Notes: generated by a model from the letters alone, not told the origin. A stretch of DNA of 64,000 nucleotides from Patescibacteria group bacterium (GCA_004299275.1 SCSU01000066.1:14277-78276); one strand, 5' to 3'. Positions 38,049 to 49,446 are shown, numbered from the stretch's first letter. Numbers and translations are program-made.

Positions 38049-38258
38049 TTCGGTCACCTCCTTCCGTAAAAAGTTTTTCGATTGCGGCGCGGAAAAAATT
38101 TTCCCGCCCCGTTCGTCCGTATTGTCTCAAGTTTTTTTCTTGTCAACAAGAGAAATAGCGCGAGTTATGCACAGGTAAGATTTTTTTTCGCTTGATGCCG
38201 GCTATTTGGCATTCGGCCGAAGTTTGGTAAACTAAAGTCAAATACAATCTAAACTCTT

Positions 38259-38675
38259 ATGTTTGATTTTTTATTCTCCCTTAATTTTTTCTCGGACTTT
38301 GGACTGTTCGTTCTCCGTCTCGCCATTGCCGCGATTTTTATCGTTCATGGCGTTAAAAAGTGGGCGATGTGGAAGATGCAACCGTCGCCGCAGATGCCCG
38401 CGGGGATGCTCTCGGTTATGAAAATCCTTGCTATTGCCGAGCCGTTCGGGGGGCTGGCGCTGCTGGCTGGTTTTCTCACCCAGCTCGCCGCTCTGGGGTT
38501 CTCAATCATTATGCTCGGAGCGATTTACTATAAAACCCGGGTCTGGAAGACGCCCTTCGCCGCGCAGGACAAAATGGGTTGGGAATTTGACCTCGTCCTC
38601 CTAGCGGGAAACCTTCTGTTGCTTATCGCCGGCGCGGGCGTCCTTTCCCTCGATCGAGTGTTTTTGGGGTTGTAA
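38259..38675 (+). CDS. DoxX-family membrane protein
   Basis: Four TM helices and the characteristic DoxX hydropathy pattern. Confidence 0.5.
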   Translation: MFDFLFSLNFFSDFGLFVLRLAIAAIFIVHGVKKWAMWKMQPSPQMPAGMLSVMKILAIAEPFGGLALLAGFLTQLAALGFSIIMLGAIYYKTRVWKTPFAAQDKMGWEFDLVLLAGNLLLLIAGAGVLSLDRVFLGL

Positions 38676-38733
38676 TTTGGCCGAAAAAGAGATTGGACCT
38701 CCCGCGGAGGCCCAATCTCTGTTATTATTTCAT

Positions 38734-39714
38734 CTATCGTTTTTTCACGAGAAATGCCAGATACCCGGGCACGAATACATTCACCCCAGGAACCAGAATA
38801 AGGAGTCCAATCCATGATGGCGCGCCGCGCGTGACGGCAATCTTAATCCAAGTAATCGCGAAGGCGACGACATTGACTCCCGGGATCAGGTAGAGCACAT
38901 ACCAAAACCCTGGTTGGCCGGCGATCTCGATGCAGTAGAAAAAGTTGATGAGCGGTACCCAGGCGGCCCAACGATGCTCCCGTTTGGCATCGGCGGCGAG
39001 CACGGACAGGGCGTAGGAGAAGTAGAGGTGCACGGCCAGAAGGAAAAAGACATTGGCGATTCCCGGATCTTGCGAGTAGAGAAAAATCGCGATGATCGCA
39101 ATGACGGCGATTGCCCAGCGCGGCAGTTTTGTGCCGACGACGGAGACCGGTTTTGTAAAAAGCGGCTTTAGGCCCGCGCTCGGTGCCGCCGGCTGGACCG
39201 ACGGTTCTTGGAGCACTTTATAGACTTTGATTTCGTGCGGGATTCCCTTGAGATGCCGCACACCGACCTCGGCGCTCGGCACTTCGGCCTTGTTCATCGC
39301 GAGGTAAACCGCTTCGGTAAAGTAGATCTCGTTGACCTCGGCGATGCCCTCAATCCGCGCGGCGATGTTGACCGGCTCGCCGAAGACGTCGTTATCTTTC
39401 ACCGTCACCTCGCCGGAGTTGATAGCCACCCGCACCTCGATCCGCTCATTGGGGTGAGCCGAGGCATTGTGCGCTTTGAGGATGCGCTGGATTTCCATGC
39501 CGCAGAGGACGGCGTCGGTGGGACTCTCGAAAGTGACCAAAAAGGCGTCGCCGATGGTTTTGACCACTGTGCCGCCGAATTTTTCAAAGACCGGGCGCAC
39601 TAAGCGGTCATGTTCTTCAAGCAGTCCGAGGAGTTCTTCGCGAGTTTTCTCCGAGGACTTGACCGTATAATTCTTAATGTCCGTGAACATCACCGTCAGA
39701 TGCTTGGTTTGCAT
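38734..39714 (-). CDS. class III adenylate/guanylate cyclase with a C-terminal membrane domain
   Basis: VMFTDIKNYT...KTIGDAF...IEVRVAINSGEV..GEPVNIAARIE catalytic motifs, followed by four TM helices. Confidence 0.85.
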   Translation of the reverse strand: MQTKHLTVMFTDIKNYTVKSSEKTREELLGLLEEHDRLVRPVFEKFGGTVVKTIGDAFLVTFESPTDAVLCGMEIQRILKAHNASAHPNERIEVRVAINSGEVTVKDNDVFGEPVNIAARIEGIAEVNEIYFTEAVYLAMNKAEVPSAEVGVRHLKGIPHEIKVYKVLQEPSVQPAAPSAGLKPLFTKPVSVVGTKLPRWAIAVIAIIAIFLYSQDPGIANVFFLLAVHLYFSYALSVLAADAKREHRWAAWVPLINFFYCIEIAGQPGFWYVLYLIPGVNVVAFAITWIKIAVTRGAPSWIGLLILVPGVNVFVPGYLAFLVKKR

Positions 39715-39736
39715 ATATAGGTATCCTACTTTTATC

Positions 39737-39768
39737 AGGTTAGACCTTGCAAGGTCTAACCTTGACCA
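39737..39768. repeat. perfect palindrome TTAGACCTTGCAAGGTCTAA upstream of tRNA-Ile
   Basis: 20-bp perfect palindrome with the GACCTTGCAAGGTC core shared with 23706-23737. Confidence 0.6.
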
Positions 39769-39809
39769 TCGGCGGTGTTTTTTTTACACTTCCCTCGCGT
39801 TAAAGACAG

Positions 39810-39886
39810 GGGCGTGTAGCTCAGTTGGTTAGAGCGTCACACTGATAATGTGAAGGTCGGTGGTTCGACTCCACCCACGCCCACCA
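39810..39886 (+). tRNA. tRNA-Ile (anticodon GAT)
   Basis: gggcgtgtagctcagttggttagagc...ctGATaa...ggttcgactcc..cacgccca+CCA. Confidence 0.9.
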
Positions 39887-39887
39887 A

Positions 39888-39925
39888 GGAAAATGCTCCA
39901 GGTTCCCCTGGGGCATTTTCCTTTT
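39888..39925. terminator. hairpin terminator after tRNA-Ile (possibly bidirectional)
   Basis: aaggaaaatgctccaggttcccctggggcattttcctttt. Confidence 0.65.
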
Positions 39926-39947
39926 GATGAGTAAGGTCGTGGAAGAC

Positions 39948-40394
39948 TTATTCGACCACAATTGTTCCAGTGTCTGCAGGGTTTACGTGGTTGTGGTATT
40001 TCCAACTGCCGGCGAGGTCGAACTTAAAAGTCCAGGAAGCGCCGGGCCGGATGCTGACGCAGGCGTCAAAGGTGCTCGCAATGCAGCCGCCGGTTGTCGG
40101 ATAGGCCGCGTGCGATGGGTGGACTGCCGACGCCGTCCACATCGCGCGGGAACTGGTATTTTTGAAAGTGACCGTCTCGCCAGTTTTGATGTTAAGCGTT
40201 TTGGGCGAATAGCCGCTGTCGCTGTAAGTCACGACATTTTTTTCGGCCGGAGCAGTCGGCGTAGTTTTTGGCGTTGCCGCAGTCGAAACAGGGGCGTTAT
40301 AACTTGGCGCCGCCGGTTGCTTGCCCTTAAGAAGAAAATAACCGCCGCCGATGACTACGACGGCAATGATAATGTAGAGAAGATTTTTTTGCAT
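39948..40394 (-). CDS. secreted cupredoxin-fold (plastocyanin-like) protein
   Basis: Signal-anchor helix, Thr/Pro-rich linker, and a C-terminal beta-rich domain with candidate Cu ligands (H..H, GGC, H.H). Confidence 0.45.
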   Translation of the reverse strand: MQKNLLYIIIAVVVIGGGYFLLKGKQPAAPSYNAPVSTAATPKTTPTAPAEKNVVTYSDSGYSPKTLNIKTGETVTFKNTSSRAMWTASAVHPSHAAYPTTGGCIASTFDACVSIRPGASWTFKFDLAGSWKYHNHVNPADTGTIVVE

Positions 40395-40456
40395 AAGATT
40401 AATTAATAAGTATTATTCTCCCTTTCTTAAAGGGAGTACCCGCAGGGGGGAGGGAT

Positions 40457-40861
40457 TTATAAAATTTTGTTATTTTGATTTTTCTGCAGAGCAATAATTT
40501 TATCGGCGAGAGTTTTGGGCAGGGCATCGGCCATGAGCGCCACGGTCGCGGTTAAAATCGCTATATCCCTCACCGTGATATCGGTAATGCCGCTCACGGT
40601 GAGGACAATCACGAGGTGAATCGCGCCGACGGCCGCCGCGAGCCAGACGTAAGTGTCCAGCAAAAGCAGGGCGCCGATTAGGATGTCTAAAATCGCCGTC
40701 CCGAGCATCGCTTGGGTCAGGGGTATCGGCAATAACCCGGCGGCCCAGGGCTGGAGATAGCCGCCCCAGGCCTCGGGTTCTTTGAAAATCAAAACTCCAA
40801 TCCAGAGGAAGGTTATACCCACGCCGACCCGCAGGATGTGGAATGAGGGCTTTTTCATCAT
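40457..40861 (-). CDS. DoxX-family membrane protein
   Basis: Four TM helices; adjacent to the VKOR gene. Confidence 0.5.
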   Translation of the reverse strand: MMKKPSFHILRVGVGITFLWIGVLIFKEPEAWGGYLQPWAAGLLPIPLTQAMLGTAILDILIGALLLLDTYVWLAAAVGAIHLVIVLTVSGITDITVRDIAILTATVALMADALPKTLADKIIALQKNQNNKIL

Positions 40862-40862
40862 A

Positions 40863-41309
40863 TTAAACCGCCAGACTTGCGATTATTATAAACCCCATGA
40901 GCCAGATGGTAAAAGCCGACATCAGACACCAAAAACACCAGGCGCGGATGACTTGCCACTGGAGGTAGGTGAGGAGGAGTGAGACGAGCGCCGCGGCGGC
41001 CACCAGAATTTTTAGGAAAATGTCCCACAAAGATGTCGGCTCAACGCCGATGACGAGCAGGGCGGCGATCGTAGCAATCACGATATAGGCCAAGAGCCCG
41101 AGGGTGTCATTGGGGACAATAAAAATTTTGTTGTATTTGCTCGTGAGCACTTGGGCACAGCCGCCGCCGATAGGGCAAATTGGTTTTTCCGCCGCAATTC
41201 TTTTTCGGATGAGATAGACGGTCTCGCTCACGCCAACAGCGGCCAGGGTAAAAAGCAGAGCAAAGGCGGTCATACCCGGTACTAGAATGCCGACTCCGAA
41301 CCCCGCCAT
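40863..41309 (-). CDS. vitamin K epoxide reductase (VKOR) family protein
   Basis: Loop cysteines CPIGGGC and active-site CFWC inside a TM helix; 4-5 TM topology. Confidence 0.65.
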   Translation of the reverse strand: MAGFGVGILVPGMTAFALLFTLAAVGVSETVYLIRKRIAAEKPICPIGGGCAQVLTSKYNKIFIVPNDTLGLLAYIVIATIAALLVIGVEPTSLWDIFLKILVAAAALVSLLLTYLQWQVIRAWCFWCLMSAFTIWLMGFIIIASLAV

Positions 41310-41347
41310 GCGGGATTCGGCCAGCGAACATCCTTTACGATTATTAG

Positions 41348-41391
41348 CACGGACCCTAAAGGTCCGTTTTTACAGACCTTCAAGGTCTGTG
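41348..41391. repeat. GGACCCTAAAGGTCC / CAGACCTTCAAGGTCTG hairpin doublet, copy 3
   Basis: cacGGACCCTAAAGGTCCgtttttaCAGACCTTCAAGGTCTGtg. Confidence 0.75.
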
Positions 41392-41464
41392 TCCAGCTTG
41401 CTGTCGTCGTTTCAGTACCGGGCATACCCGGCATTATAGCGCATTTGGAGCTGGATGAATTGCT

Positions 41465-42019
41465 CTAGCGCTCGACGTGGCGGTCGGCGACGGCGGCGGC
41501 GGCGTAGGCCTCGGGTTTGATGCGGGCGACAAAGCCGTTGCCGCGGACAACGCCGATGACTTCCTGAATCATTTGTTTGGTCGGGCCGTTCGGGCCGACG
41601 TCAACGTGGATTTCGATGTTCGGCGGCGGTTGTTCGCTCCCGAAGAGTTCAACAAGGCGTTGGGCGCAGTTGATGGAAAAAAGGGCTTCCTGCCAGATGC
41701 GGTCGCGGAGCGTGGCGAAGCGCGGGCTCCGGCTGTGTGTCCAAAAATAGCGGCCGCCGCGGCCGACGCGGTGCACAACTACGGCAGTCACAAAATCAAC
41801 CTCGAGCCCGACTTCGGAATCCGAGCCGACGACCAGCGAATAGCGGCAGGCGGGCTCGGCCTGGATGTAGGCGAGGATTTCCTCGGCGACTTCGTTTTCC
41901 TTGAGCAGACCTTTGCTGGGGCTCCTAAAAACAAGCTGCCTGGTTTGATTGTTCTGTGCTGTTTCGGACACGCGTTCCATAGTTCCAATCAGCCTAGCAG
42001 AGCTTGGTTTTTGGTTCAA
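41465..42019 (-). CDS. YkuK/DUF458-like RNase H-fold protein
   Basis: VVGSDSE..., VHRVGRGGRYFW, IHVDVG..K..IQEVIG.V.G.G pattern. The family assignment is from memory. Confidence 0.45.
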   Translation of the reverse strand: MNQKPSSARLIGTMERVSETAQNNQTRQLVFRSPSKGLLKENEVAEEILAYIQAEPACRYSLVVGSDSEVGLEVDFVTAVVVHRVGRGGRYFWTHSRSPRFATLRDRIWQEALFSINCAQRLVELFGSEQPPPNIEIHVDVGPNGPTKQMIQEVIGVVRGNGFVARIKPEAYAAAAVADRHVER

Positions 42020-42051
42020 CCTTGGCGGCAGAGCCGAGCGGCCAATCCCCC

Positions 42052-42085
42052 CTTGACTTTTCCCTAATTTTTTTGCTATTTTATC
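42052..42085 (+). promoter_or_regulatory. putative sigma70 promoter TTGACT-N18-TATTTT plus a leader hairpin
   Basis: ccTTGACTtttccctaatttttttgcTATTTTat, then ccgcggtttcctctccaccgcgg and an aaaggagagg ribosome-binding site. Confidence 0.4.
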
Positions 42086-42162
42086 CCGTTACTATCCGCG
42101 GTTTCCTCTCCACCGCGGGGGTAAGTTCATTAACCAAAGGAGAGGCGAAAGAGGAAAGTTCG

Positions 42163-43305
42163 ATGGGCATCAGCACGGAGAAGATGGTGAAGATCGAGTC
42201 GCGGAGCGACACTGGGAGCTTTCTCGTGCCCTGCTACGGGTTCGAAAAGCCGGGACAGGCGATCAAGTACGCGGTCGGGCCGTGGGCCGGCGAGTGCCGC
42301 CTCATCGGCCCGGAGGACGCCTACAGCCCGATTTTCTGGGGGCATAAGTCCTACGTGGCGCGCGTGAGCGCCCAGAGCAGCAAGTGGCGCGCGGGCGAGT
42401 TCATTTCGCGGAGCGAGTCGCGTCACCGCGACAGGCCCGCCATCTGGGAGATGATCCGCGGCAAGGACACGGCGAAGCCCGACGGCGCCTATCACGCGGC
42501 GCTCCTCGTCGAAGGCCGGCGGCAGTTCTACCACCACTCCCGCGAGACCACCAAACACCCCAAATGGTGGTACCGGCTCTCGGACGGCTGGAAGGACTGC
42601 TACGCGGTCTGGGCCCGCCGCGACGGGAGCGAGATCGCCGACGGTATGTTCGTCGATGGCGACCGGCGCGTCTTCGTCGCACGGAGCGCCCGCGGGGTGC
42701 TCTACTCCCGCGAGATGCTTTTCGCGAACAGCGGTGAGCCCTGCGGCTGGCGCGTGGAGCTCGTTCGGGTCGAGTTATCGATTTTGGACCGGGACCCGGC
42801 CAAGGACGACATGCTCAAGGTCGCCGTGGTCAACACCACCTTCTCGTCCGAAGAGCCGGCGAAGGTTCCCGAGTTGTCGCTGGACCATCTTGACGAGGTC
42901 TGGCGGGGGCTCATCGGGGATGCGATCGACGGTTTCGAGGAGCACTGCCAGCCGGTATCGCAGAAGGTCGAGGCGTGGCGCCAGTTTTTCCTCGACCAGC
43001 GGGAGAAGGCCGAAGCAGACCGGCGGCGCTACAGCGATAGCTTTGCCGAGCGCGTGAAGGCGCTCGACTGGCAGGAGGCGCTGTGGCAGGTGGAGGAGCC
43101 CTGGCAGCTCGCGGCTGTGGTTGGCGCGCACGCGCGCAAGTCCGAGTTCTACGACAGCCCGGGCTACTCGGGCGCGACCGGCACCCGGGTGCGGAACATG
43201 CTCGCACTGCAAGTCTGCGACGATGCTCGGCGCGAACAGCTCCAGAAGATGGTCGCCGACTACGTCGAGCACGGCGACAGCCTTTGGGACTACACCGGGG
43301 ACTAG
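42163..43305 (+). CDS. hypothetical Trp-rich protein, unusually high GC (~66%)
   Basis: 380-aa ORF (start chosen at MGISTEKM), no recognisable domain, followed by a terminator. Confidence 0.6.
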   Translation: MGISTEKMVKIESRSDTGSFLVPCYGFEKPGQAIKYAVGPWAGECRLIGPEDAYSPIFWGHKSYVARVSAQSSKWRAGEFISRSESRHRDRPAIWEMIRGKDTAKPDGAYHAALLVEGRRQFYHHSRETTKHPKWWYRLSDGWKDCYAVWARRDGSEIADGMFVDGDRRVFVARSARGVLYSREMLFANSGEPCGWRVELVRVELSILDRDPAKDDMLKVAVVNTTFSSEEPAKVPELSLDHLDEVWRGLIGDAIDGFEEHCQPVSQKVEAWRQFFLDQREKAEADRRRYSDSFAERVKALDWQEALWQVEEPWQLAAVVGAHARKSEFYDSPGYSGATGTRVRNMLALQVCDDARREQLQKMVADYVEHGDSLWDYTGD

Positions 43306-43317
43306 AGGCGCACGGCT

Positions 43318-43360
43318 CGGCGGCGGATTCGCAACAGCGGATTCGCCGCCGGGCCTCTTT
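43318..43360 (+). terminator. rho-independent terminator
   Basis: cggcggattcgcaacagcggattcgccgccgggcctctttttt. Confidence 0.6.
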
Positions 43361-43367
43361 TTTATTT

Positions 43368-43388
43368 ATCGGATGTTCAACATCCGAT
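43368..43388. repeat. perfect palindrome ATCGGATGTTCAACATCCGAT (TTCAA-loop hairpin family variant)
   Basis: 10-bp arms; a related half-site gttcaacatccgat lies at 63485-63498. Confidence 0.6.
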
Positions 43389-43435
43389 AATTGCACATTT
43401 GCCGTGTTTGTGCCATCTTTTTTGCAGGAGGTCTG

Positions 43436-43747
43436 ATGCCGGTACAAAGTAAAAGGCGGTTTCGATTCCTGCGATTCACGGCGTCAGTCGAGCTCGCGCA
43501 CAACGTGATCGACGGACCCCAAGAGATGCGAGTTCTCTCGGAGATTGACGCGGAAGACGGCTGGCTCATCACTCTGAACTCCGGCTGGTTCGAAATCCGA
43601 ATGTGGCGCGATGGACACTGGCTCGATGAGGGCGGCGGCTTAGTGGAACGCGCTCGCATCGCGGCGGCCATCCCCTACGAGTACCCGGACGGCACGGAGA
43701 TCTCGGAGGAATTTCCGGATGACCTTTATCCGGAACGGTACGGATGA
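43436..43747 (+). CDS. small hypothetical protein
   Basis: Start chosen at MPVQSKRRF; acidic C-terminus. Confidence 0.4.
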   Translation: MPVQSKRRFRFLRFTASVELAHNVIDGPQEMRVLSEIDAEDGWLITLNSGWFEIRMWRDGHWLDEGGGLVERARIAAAIPYEYPDGTEISEEFPDDLYPERYG

Positions 43748-43831
43748 TTGCTCACGTCAGTCATCCTTTTTTTGTTATCAAAACCCCGCCATGAGAGCGG
43801 GGTTTGTTTTTTCAAGCCAATGTCATTTCCT

Positions 43832-43849
43832 TGACGGTTGCAACGTCTG
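43832..43849. promoter_or_regulatory. 16S pre-rRNA processing-stem half (inverted-repeat partner at 45676-45693)
   Basis: ttgacggttgcaacgtct here, and agacgttgcaaccgtcaa on the other side of the 16S (exact reverse complement, 18 bp). Confidence 0.65.
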
Positions 43850-43984
43850 GCGCCGGAGGCGCAACAGTTAACTTTCAACTTACAACTTTCAACTTGGTTG
43901 ATTGTTGTTTGTTGATTGTTTTACAGTTGCGCTGCTTCGCAGCGCTCGACCTGGTTGTCATCCGCCTTACGGCGGAGTAACTCC

Positions 43985-45560
<1,576 letters not shown>

Positions 45561-45675
45561 AGAGAAAACCCCTCTACCCTCGCGGGTTTCGGGGCTCAAT
45601 CAATGAGTCATTACCCAACTTGCCTGCCATAGGCAGGCGTTGTTTTTGTTGTTGGAGTTTCACTCGAAAATTATA

Positions 45676-45693
45676 GACGTTGCAACCGTCAAA
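45676..45693. promoter_or_regulatory. 16S processing-stem half (partner of 43832-43849)
   Basis: See 43832-43849. Confidence 0.65.
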
Positions 45694-45698
45694 GACAC

Positions 45699-45748
45699 GA
45701 TATCCTACGAATTACGAATCAGATACGAATTTACGAATCCGTAATGTT
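45699..45748. repeat. TACGAAT/TTCGTAA heptamer array (locus C), upstream of the 16S
   Basis: ctacgaattacgaatcagatacgaatttacgaatccgtaatgttcgtagg. Confidence 0.7.
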
Positions 45749-45995
45749 CGTAGGCCATTGCCTAGACGGTTTTTGGCTTGATGTTTGTTCGTCTTCAGTT
45801 GTCAAAGTCCCGCCGCGGCCTTGGCCACGGTGCGAGCAGTATATAAGGAAGGCGTCTAGGGCGTCAAGGAGCCGGTGTCAGGTTGTGTCCACCGGGCTTC
45901 CTCAATGCTCAGATAGCTGATTTTGCCATTATTTTTACAACTTTTGACCTCGGGGAGCGATTGGCTTATATTGTTCGGGCGCCAAGGAGGAGAAC

Positions 45996-46541
45996 ATGCG
46001 CAACTTGAGTCCGCCGGTCTTGGACCGGCGTCAGTTCTGCGGCGGAACAGTCGCTGTCGGTCTCGGCCTCACCGGTTCGCTCGTCACGGCCTGTCTCGCG
46101 CCGCGGGACGAAGAGGAGGAAGAGGGCTACGACGAAGTTGCCTATTTCCAGGCGACCGCGAGCGATGACGGCCACACGGCGCACGGAGTCATCCTGCGGC
46201 GTTACGACCGTTTCCGCTCTGTGCCGATGAGGCTCTTCGCGGACGGCGACCGCTCGCGTCCGGTCATGGTCGGCGGCCGGCCGGTTTCCGGCCCGCTCGT
46301 CTACGCCATCCCCGGGCTCGGCGGCAAACCCAGCGAGCCGCACGCCTACGAGATCCACTACGTCCAGTCGAACAGCGAACGGGTATGGCTCTCGTTGGCC
46401 TGGCATCTTCAGCCGCTCGTGGCGGGACACGCCTACGCCGTGCTCCGCAAGCGGGCGCGACTCGCACTGCCCGCACCCGAGGAACTCTACGCCGAGGACC
46501 GCGCCATCATCGCCAAGGAAGAGGCCTGGGCGCTCGGCTGA
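45996..46541 (+). CDS. Tat-signal lipoprotein, hypothetical; very high GC (~68%)
   Basis: DRRQFCGGTVAVGLGLTGSLVTAC twin-arginine motif plus a lipobox. Confidence 0.55.
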   Translation: MRNLSPPVLDRRQFCGGTVAVGLGLTGSLVTACLAPRDEEEEEGYDEVAYFQATASDDGHTAHGVILRRYDRFRSVPMRLFADGDRSRPVMVGGRPVSGPLVYAIPGLGGKPSEPHAYEIHYVQSNSERVWLSLAWHLQPLVAGHAYAVLRKRARLALPAPEELYAEDRAIIAKEEAWALG

Positions 46542-46660
46542 AATAGAACGCCCCGACGTTTCGGTCGGGGCGCGACGCAAGAGGTTGCGGAAGCGACCTC
46601 TTTTTTTCTCACCTTGATTGCCAGCAGGTTGGAAATTATACTTGGTCGTGGAGAAAAACT

Positions 46661-47206
46661 ATGGAACAGCTGACATCACAGAGGCCGACGACTTGGGAAC
46701 AGGTGCTTACCGACTGGCGCAGTCGCGAGGCGAACCGTTGGGGTTGGGAAAAAATTTGGCGCGAGCGCGGTTTCGCTTCTTGGGACGCTTGGCGGGCTAC
46801 CTATTTTGAATCGCTGCATCTCATGGAGCGGTCGTGGGCCGAGTACCGCGTCGCAGACCCCGAGGTATTCATTCCCAAGATGTGGGCCGTGGCCTATAGC
46901 GGCTGGAAGCGCTACTACCCGCCGGGTGCGGTTAAGGCGCGTCTGGCTGATATTGCCGGACACCCGGAACTGCCGGCTAATGGTAAAGTCATGAGCCTGC
47001 TCAAGACTTTTCCCAACCCGACCACGATTATTGGCATCCGTTGTCGCGACGAACTGGCGCTTTTTGAGGGCATGCACCGCGCGGCCACCATCGCTTTGGC
47101 CGCGAGGAGAGGGGAGATGGTCGTGGTGGAGTTACGACTTGTACTTACCGAGTTCCGAAGCGACGAAGCTGGACTCTTCGAAAAAGTCATCACGCAGCAG
47201 GAGTGA
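46661..47206 (+). CDS. hypothetical Trp-rich protein
   Basis: 181-aa ORF, no recognised domain. Confidence 0.5.
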   Translation: MEQLTSQRPTTWEQVLTDWRSREANRWGWEKIWRERGFASWDAWRATYFESLHLMERSWAEYRVADPEVFIPKMWAVAYSGWKRYYPPGAVKARLADIAGHPELPANGKVMSLLKTFPNPTTIIGIRCRDELALFEGMHRAATIALAARRGEMVVVELRLVLTEFRSDEAGLFEKVITQQE

Positions 47207-47242
47207 CGCTTATGAAAGACAACCACCAGCAGGTGATTTTTA

Positions 47243-47905
47243 TTAGGAATGCTTCTTTCGCCAGGCGGCGATTTTTTTGTGGTCGCCGGAGAGAAGAACC
47301 TCGGGAACCTTGGCGGCAATCGTGCGTTTGCCGATTTTGAGCTTCGCCTCGCGCGGGCGGGTGTACTGCGGAAAACTGCCTTTGATTTCCTCGAGCGACT
47401 CCTGTTTGCCAAGCACTCCGGGAATCTGGCGGCTCACGGCATCTACCACGACCAATGCCGGCAACTCGCCGCCGGAGAGCACAAAGGGGCCGAGAGATAA
47501 TTCTTCGTCAGCGATGTGTTCGGCCACGCGTTCGTCCACCCCCTCGTAGCGGCCGCAAATCAAGATGAGCTGGTCGTATTTCGCGAGCCGCCGCGCCTCG
47601 GCTTGGCTGAACTCTTTACCGCGAGTGGAAAAAAGGATAACCCGGGCTTTTCTTTTGTTGCGTCCGCGCAGAGCGCTGACGGCGCGGGCAATCGGCTCCA
47701 CCGCGAGCACCATCCCCGGCCCGCCGCCAAAGGGTTTGTCGTCCACCGTGCGGCGGCGGTCGCGCGTCCAGCGCCGGAGGTCGTGGCCGGCAATTTTAAT
47801 CAGCTTGCGCTTGGCCGCCCGCGCCAAAATTGACTCATTGGCATAGGCAGCAATAATCTCGGGAAAGATGGTGATGATATCGAAGCGTTTCATATCAGGT
47901 GTCAT
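47243..47905 (-). CDS. trmD: tRNA (guanine37-N1)-methyltransferase TrmD
   Basis: MKRFDIITIFPEII...HDLRRWT...DDKPFGGGPGMVL SPOUT knot motifs. Confidence 0.95.
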   Translation of the reverse strand: MTPDMKRFDIITIFPEIIAAYANESILARAAKRKLIKIAGHDLRRWTRDRRRTVDDKPFGGGPGMVLAVEPIARAVSALRGRNKRKARVILFSTRGKEFSQAEARRLAKYDQLILICGRYEGVDERVAEHIADEELSLGPFVLSGGELPALVVVDAVSRQIPGVLGKQESLEEIKGSFPQYTRPREAKLKIGKRTIAAKVPEVLLSGDHKKIAAWRKKHS

Positions 47906-48017
47906 CCCGAGCGCAGGTCATCCGACGTTACGTCGGAGGACCGCAGCCGAGGGAACTTCTACTCTCTATCGCAGAATTGAAGTTCTCTCCGCCCGGGTCG
48001 AGATGACATTTTATATT

Positions 48018-48052
48018 GTAACGCCTTTAGGGAAATTTGGTATATTCTGCAC
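48018..48052 (+). promoter_or_regulatory. putative promoter TTGTAA...TGgTATATT (extended -10)
   Basis: atTTGTAAcgcctttagggaaatttgGTATATTct, with aaagggggtgg ribosome-binding site before the ATG at 48084. Confidence 0.4.
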
Positions 48053-48083
48053 AGAAACACAGCAAAGAAAGGGGGTGGCTCAA

Positions 48084-48692
48084 ATGAAAATCTATCGTCA
48101 ATTAACAGTTGGTTTGACTGCGGGGGCAATGCTTGTCGCCGCTCTGCCGGCTTTGGCTACGGACGCGGCCGCAACGGCCCCCAAAACCGAGGCTGTGGCT
48201 AAAAAGGCCGAGACGGCCAAGTGTCTCACTGCCGCGCGGGAGAAGTATTTTAAGGCCATGGCGGCGAGCCGCGAGGCCTACGACAAAAAGCGGCTCGCGG
48301 CTTGGGACGCCTACTCCGCGGCATTAAAGCCAGCGCAGGAGAAGCGTAATGACGCGGTCAGGACCGCTGTCGTCAACTGGGAGTCCAGTATGAAGAGCGT
48401 CAGGGAAACTCTCTCGGCCGCACTGGAGAAGGCCAAGCAGGAGGGGGATTCTAAGGCGGCTCGTGAGGCGGCCTTAAAGGCGTTTAAGCTCGCGCGCGAG
48501 TCGGCGGCCAAAACCCGGGAAGAGGCGGTAAAAGCGGCTAAAGAATCTTTCCGCTCAACTTTGGAGGCCGAGCGCGAAAAGCGGACCAGCGCGGTTAAAT
48601 CCGCCAAGGATATTCTTAGGACAGCTTGGGATAGCGCTAAAGAAGTTTGGAAGATGGACCGTGACGCTTGCAAACCAGCCAGCGCGCAGTAG
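48084..48692 (+). CDS. secreted alpha-helical Ala/Lys/Glu-rich protein
   Basis: Signal peptide MKIYRQLTVGLTAGAMLVAALPALA, then repetitive helical AKxA segments. Confidence 0.55.
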   Translation: MKIYRQLTVGLTAGAMLVAALPALATDAAATAPKTEAVAKKAETAKCLTAAREKYFKAMAASREAYDKKRLAAWDAYSAALKPAQEKRNDAVRTAVVNWESSMKSVRETLSAALEKAKQEGDSKAAREAALKAFKLARESAAKTREEAVKAAKESFRSTLEAEREKRTSAVKSAKDILRTAWDSAKEVWKMDRDACKPASAQ

Positions 48693-48749
48693 TTTGTGGA
48701 AATAGAAAAACTCTCCGCTTGCGGCGGAGAGTTTTTGTTTTTTTCCTCT

Positions 48750-48911
48750 GAGGTCATCTGAAAATTCCAGATTTGGTCGAAATCGCCCAGTTTTGGCTGC
48801 ACCGACCTTCTCGACCCTCACAAGATACTCCGTATATTGTTCGGGTCTGCGGCGGCCGGCTCGCTCAAAACTGGACAATTTCGCTTCAAAAGCGAATTTT
48901 CAGATGACCTC
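48750..48911. mobile_element. MITE-like element, copy 3 (162 bp), TIRs GAGGTCATCTGAAAATTC / GAATTTTCAGATGACCTC
   Basis: Perfect 18-bp inverted termini; the interior is unrelated to copies 1 and 2. Confidence 0.6.
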
Positions 48912-48912
48912 T

Positions 48913-49245
48913 CTATATTTTGAGGTCATCAAGCGCGTCAAGCGACAAGGGGTCGCCTCCCGCTGCTCCGCCGCCGCGTTCCCGGCCCTGGCGCGAGCCC
49001 TCAGGTTCGTAAATCTTCAGACTCACGCGGGCGTTGGACTTGGCGCCGACGGCGCGGACGAGACGGCGGAGCGACTCCGCGGTCTTGCCGTCCTTGCCGA
49101 TGACGTAACCCATGTCCTCAGGGTTGACGTGCAGAGTGATGAGCACTCCTTCGTTGTCCACCTTCCGTTCGGTTTTGACGTCTTCCGGATGGTTGACGAT
49201 GGCTTTGACGATGTATTCAACAAATTGTTGTTCAACTTCGGCCAT
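48913..49245 (-). CDS. KH-domain RNA-binding protein (YlqC/UPF0109-like)
   Basis: VIGKDGKTAESLRRLV KH motif; located between rpsP and trmD as in the canonical operon. Start chosen at MAEVEQQ. Confidence 0.75.
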   Translation of the reverse strand: MAEVEQQFVEYIVKAIVNHPEDVKTERKVDNEGVLITLHVNPEDMGYVIGKDGKTAESLRRLVRAVGAKSNARVSLKIYEPEGSRQGRERGGGAAGGDPLSLDALDDLKI

Positions 49246-49446
49246 AACATTCTGATTTTTTATCGATAGATTACAGTCCTGTCGACCTGCCGGAACACGG
49301 CACGCTGATTTACGGCGCTGATAGACGCTGTTCATCAGCGTAAATCTGCGCAAACAATCTGCGGGTAAAAAATCAGCGGGCTTCGGTTCGCGTTTTCAGC
49401 ACTGGTAACTGTCAGTATAACGCCTGATTGTCGGTTGTCAAAATTT

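Noticed and set aside
48793-49269. 158-aa + strand ORF starting with ATGACCTCT in the MITE terminal inverted repeat
   Set aside because: It is antisense to the conserved KH-domain gene. The start codon is provided by the repeat element only.
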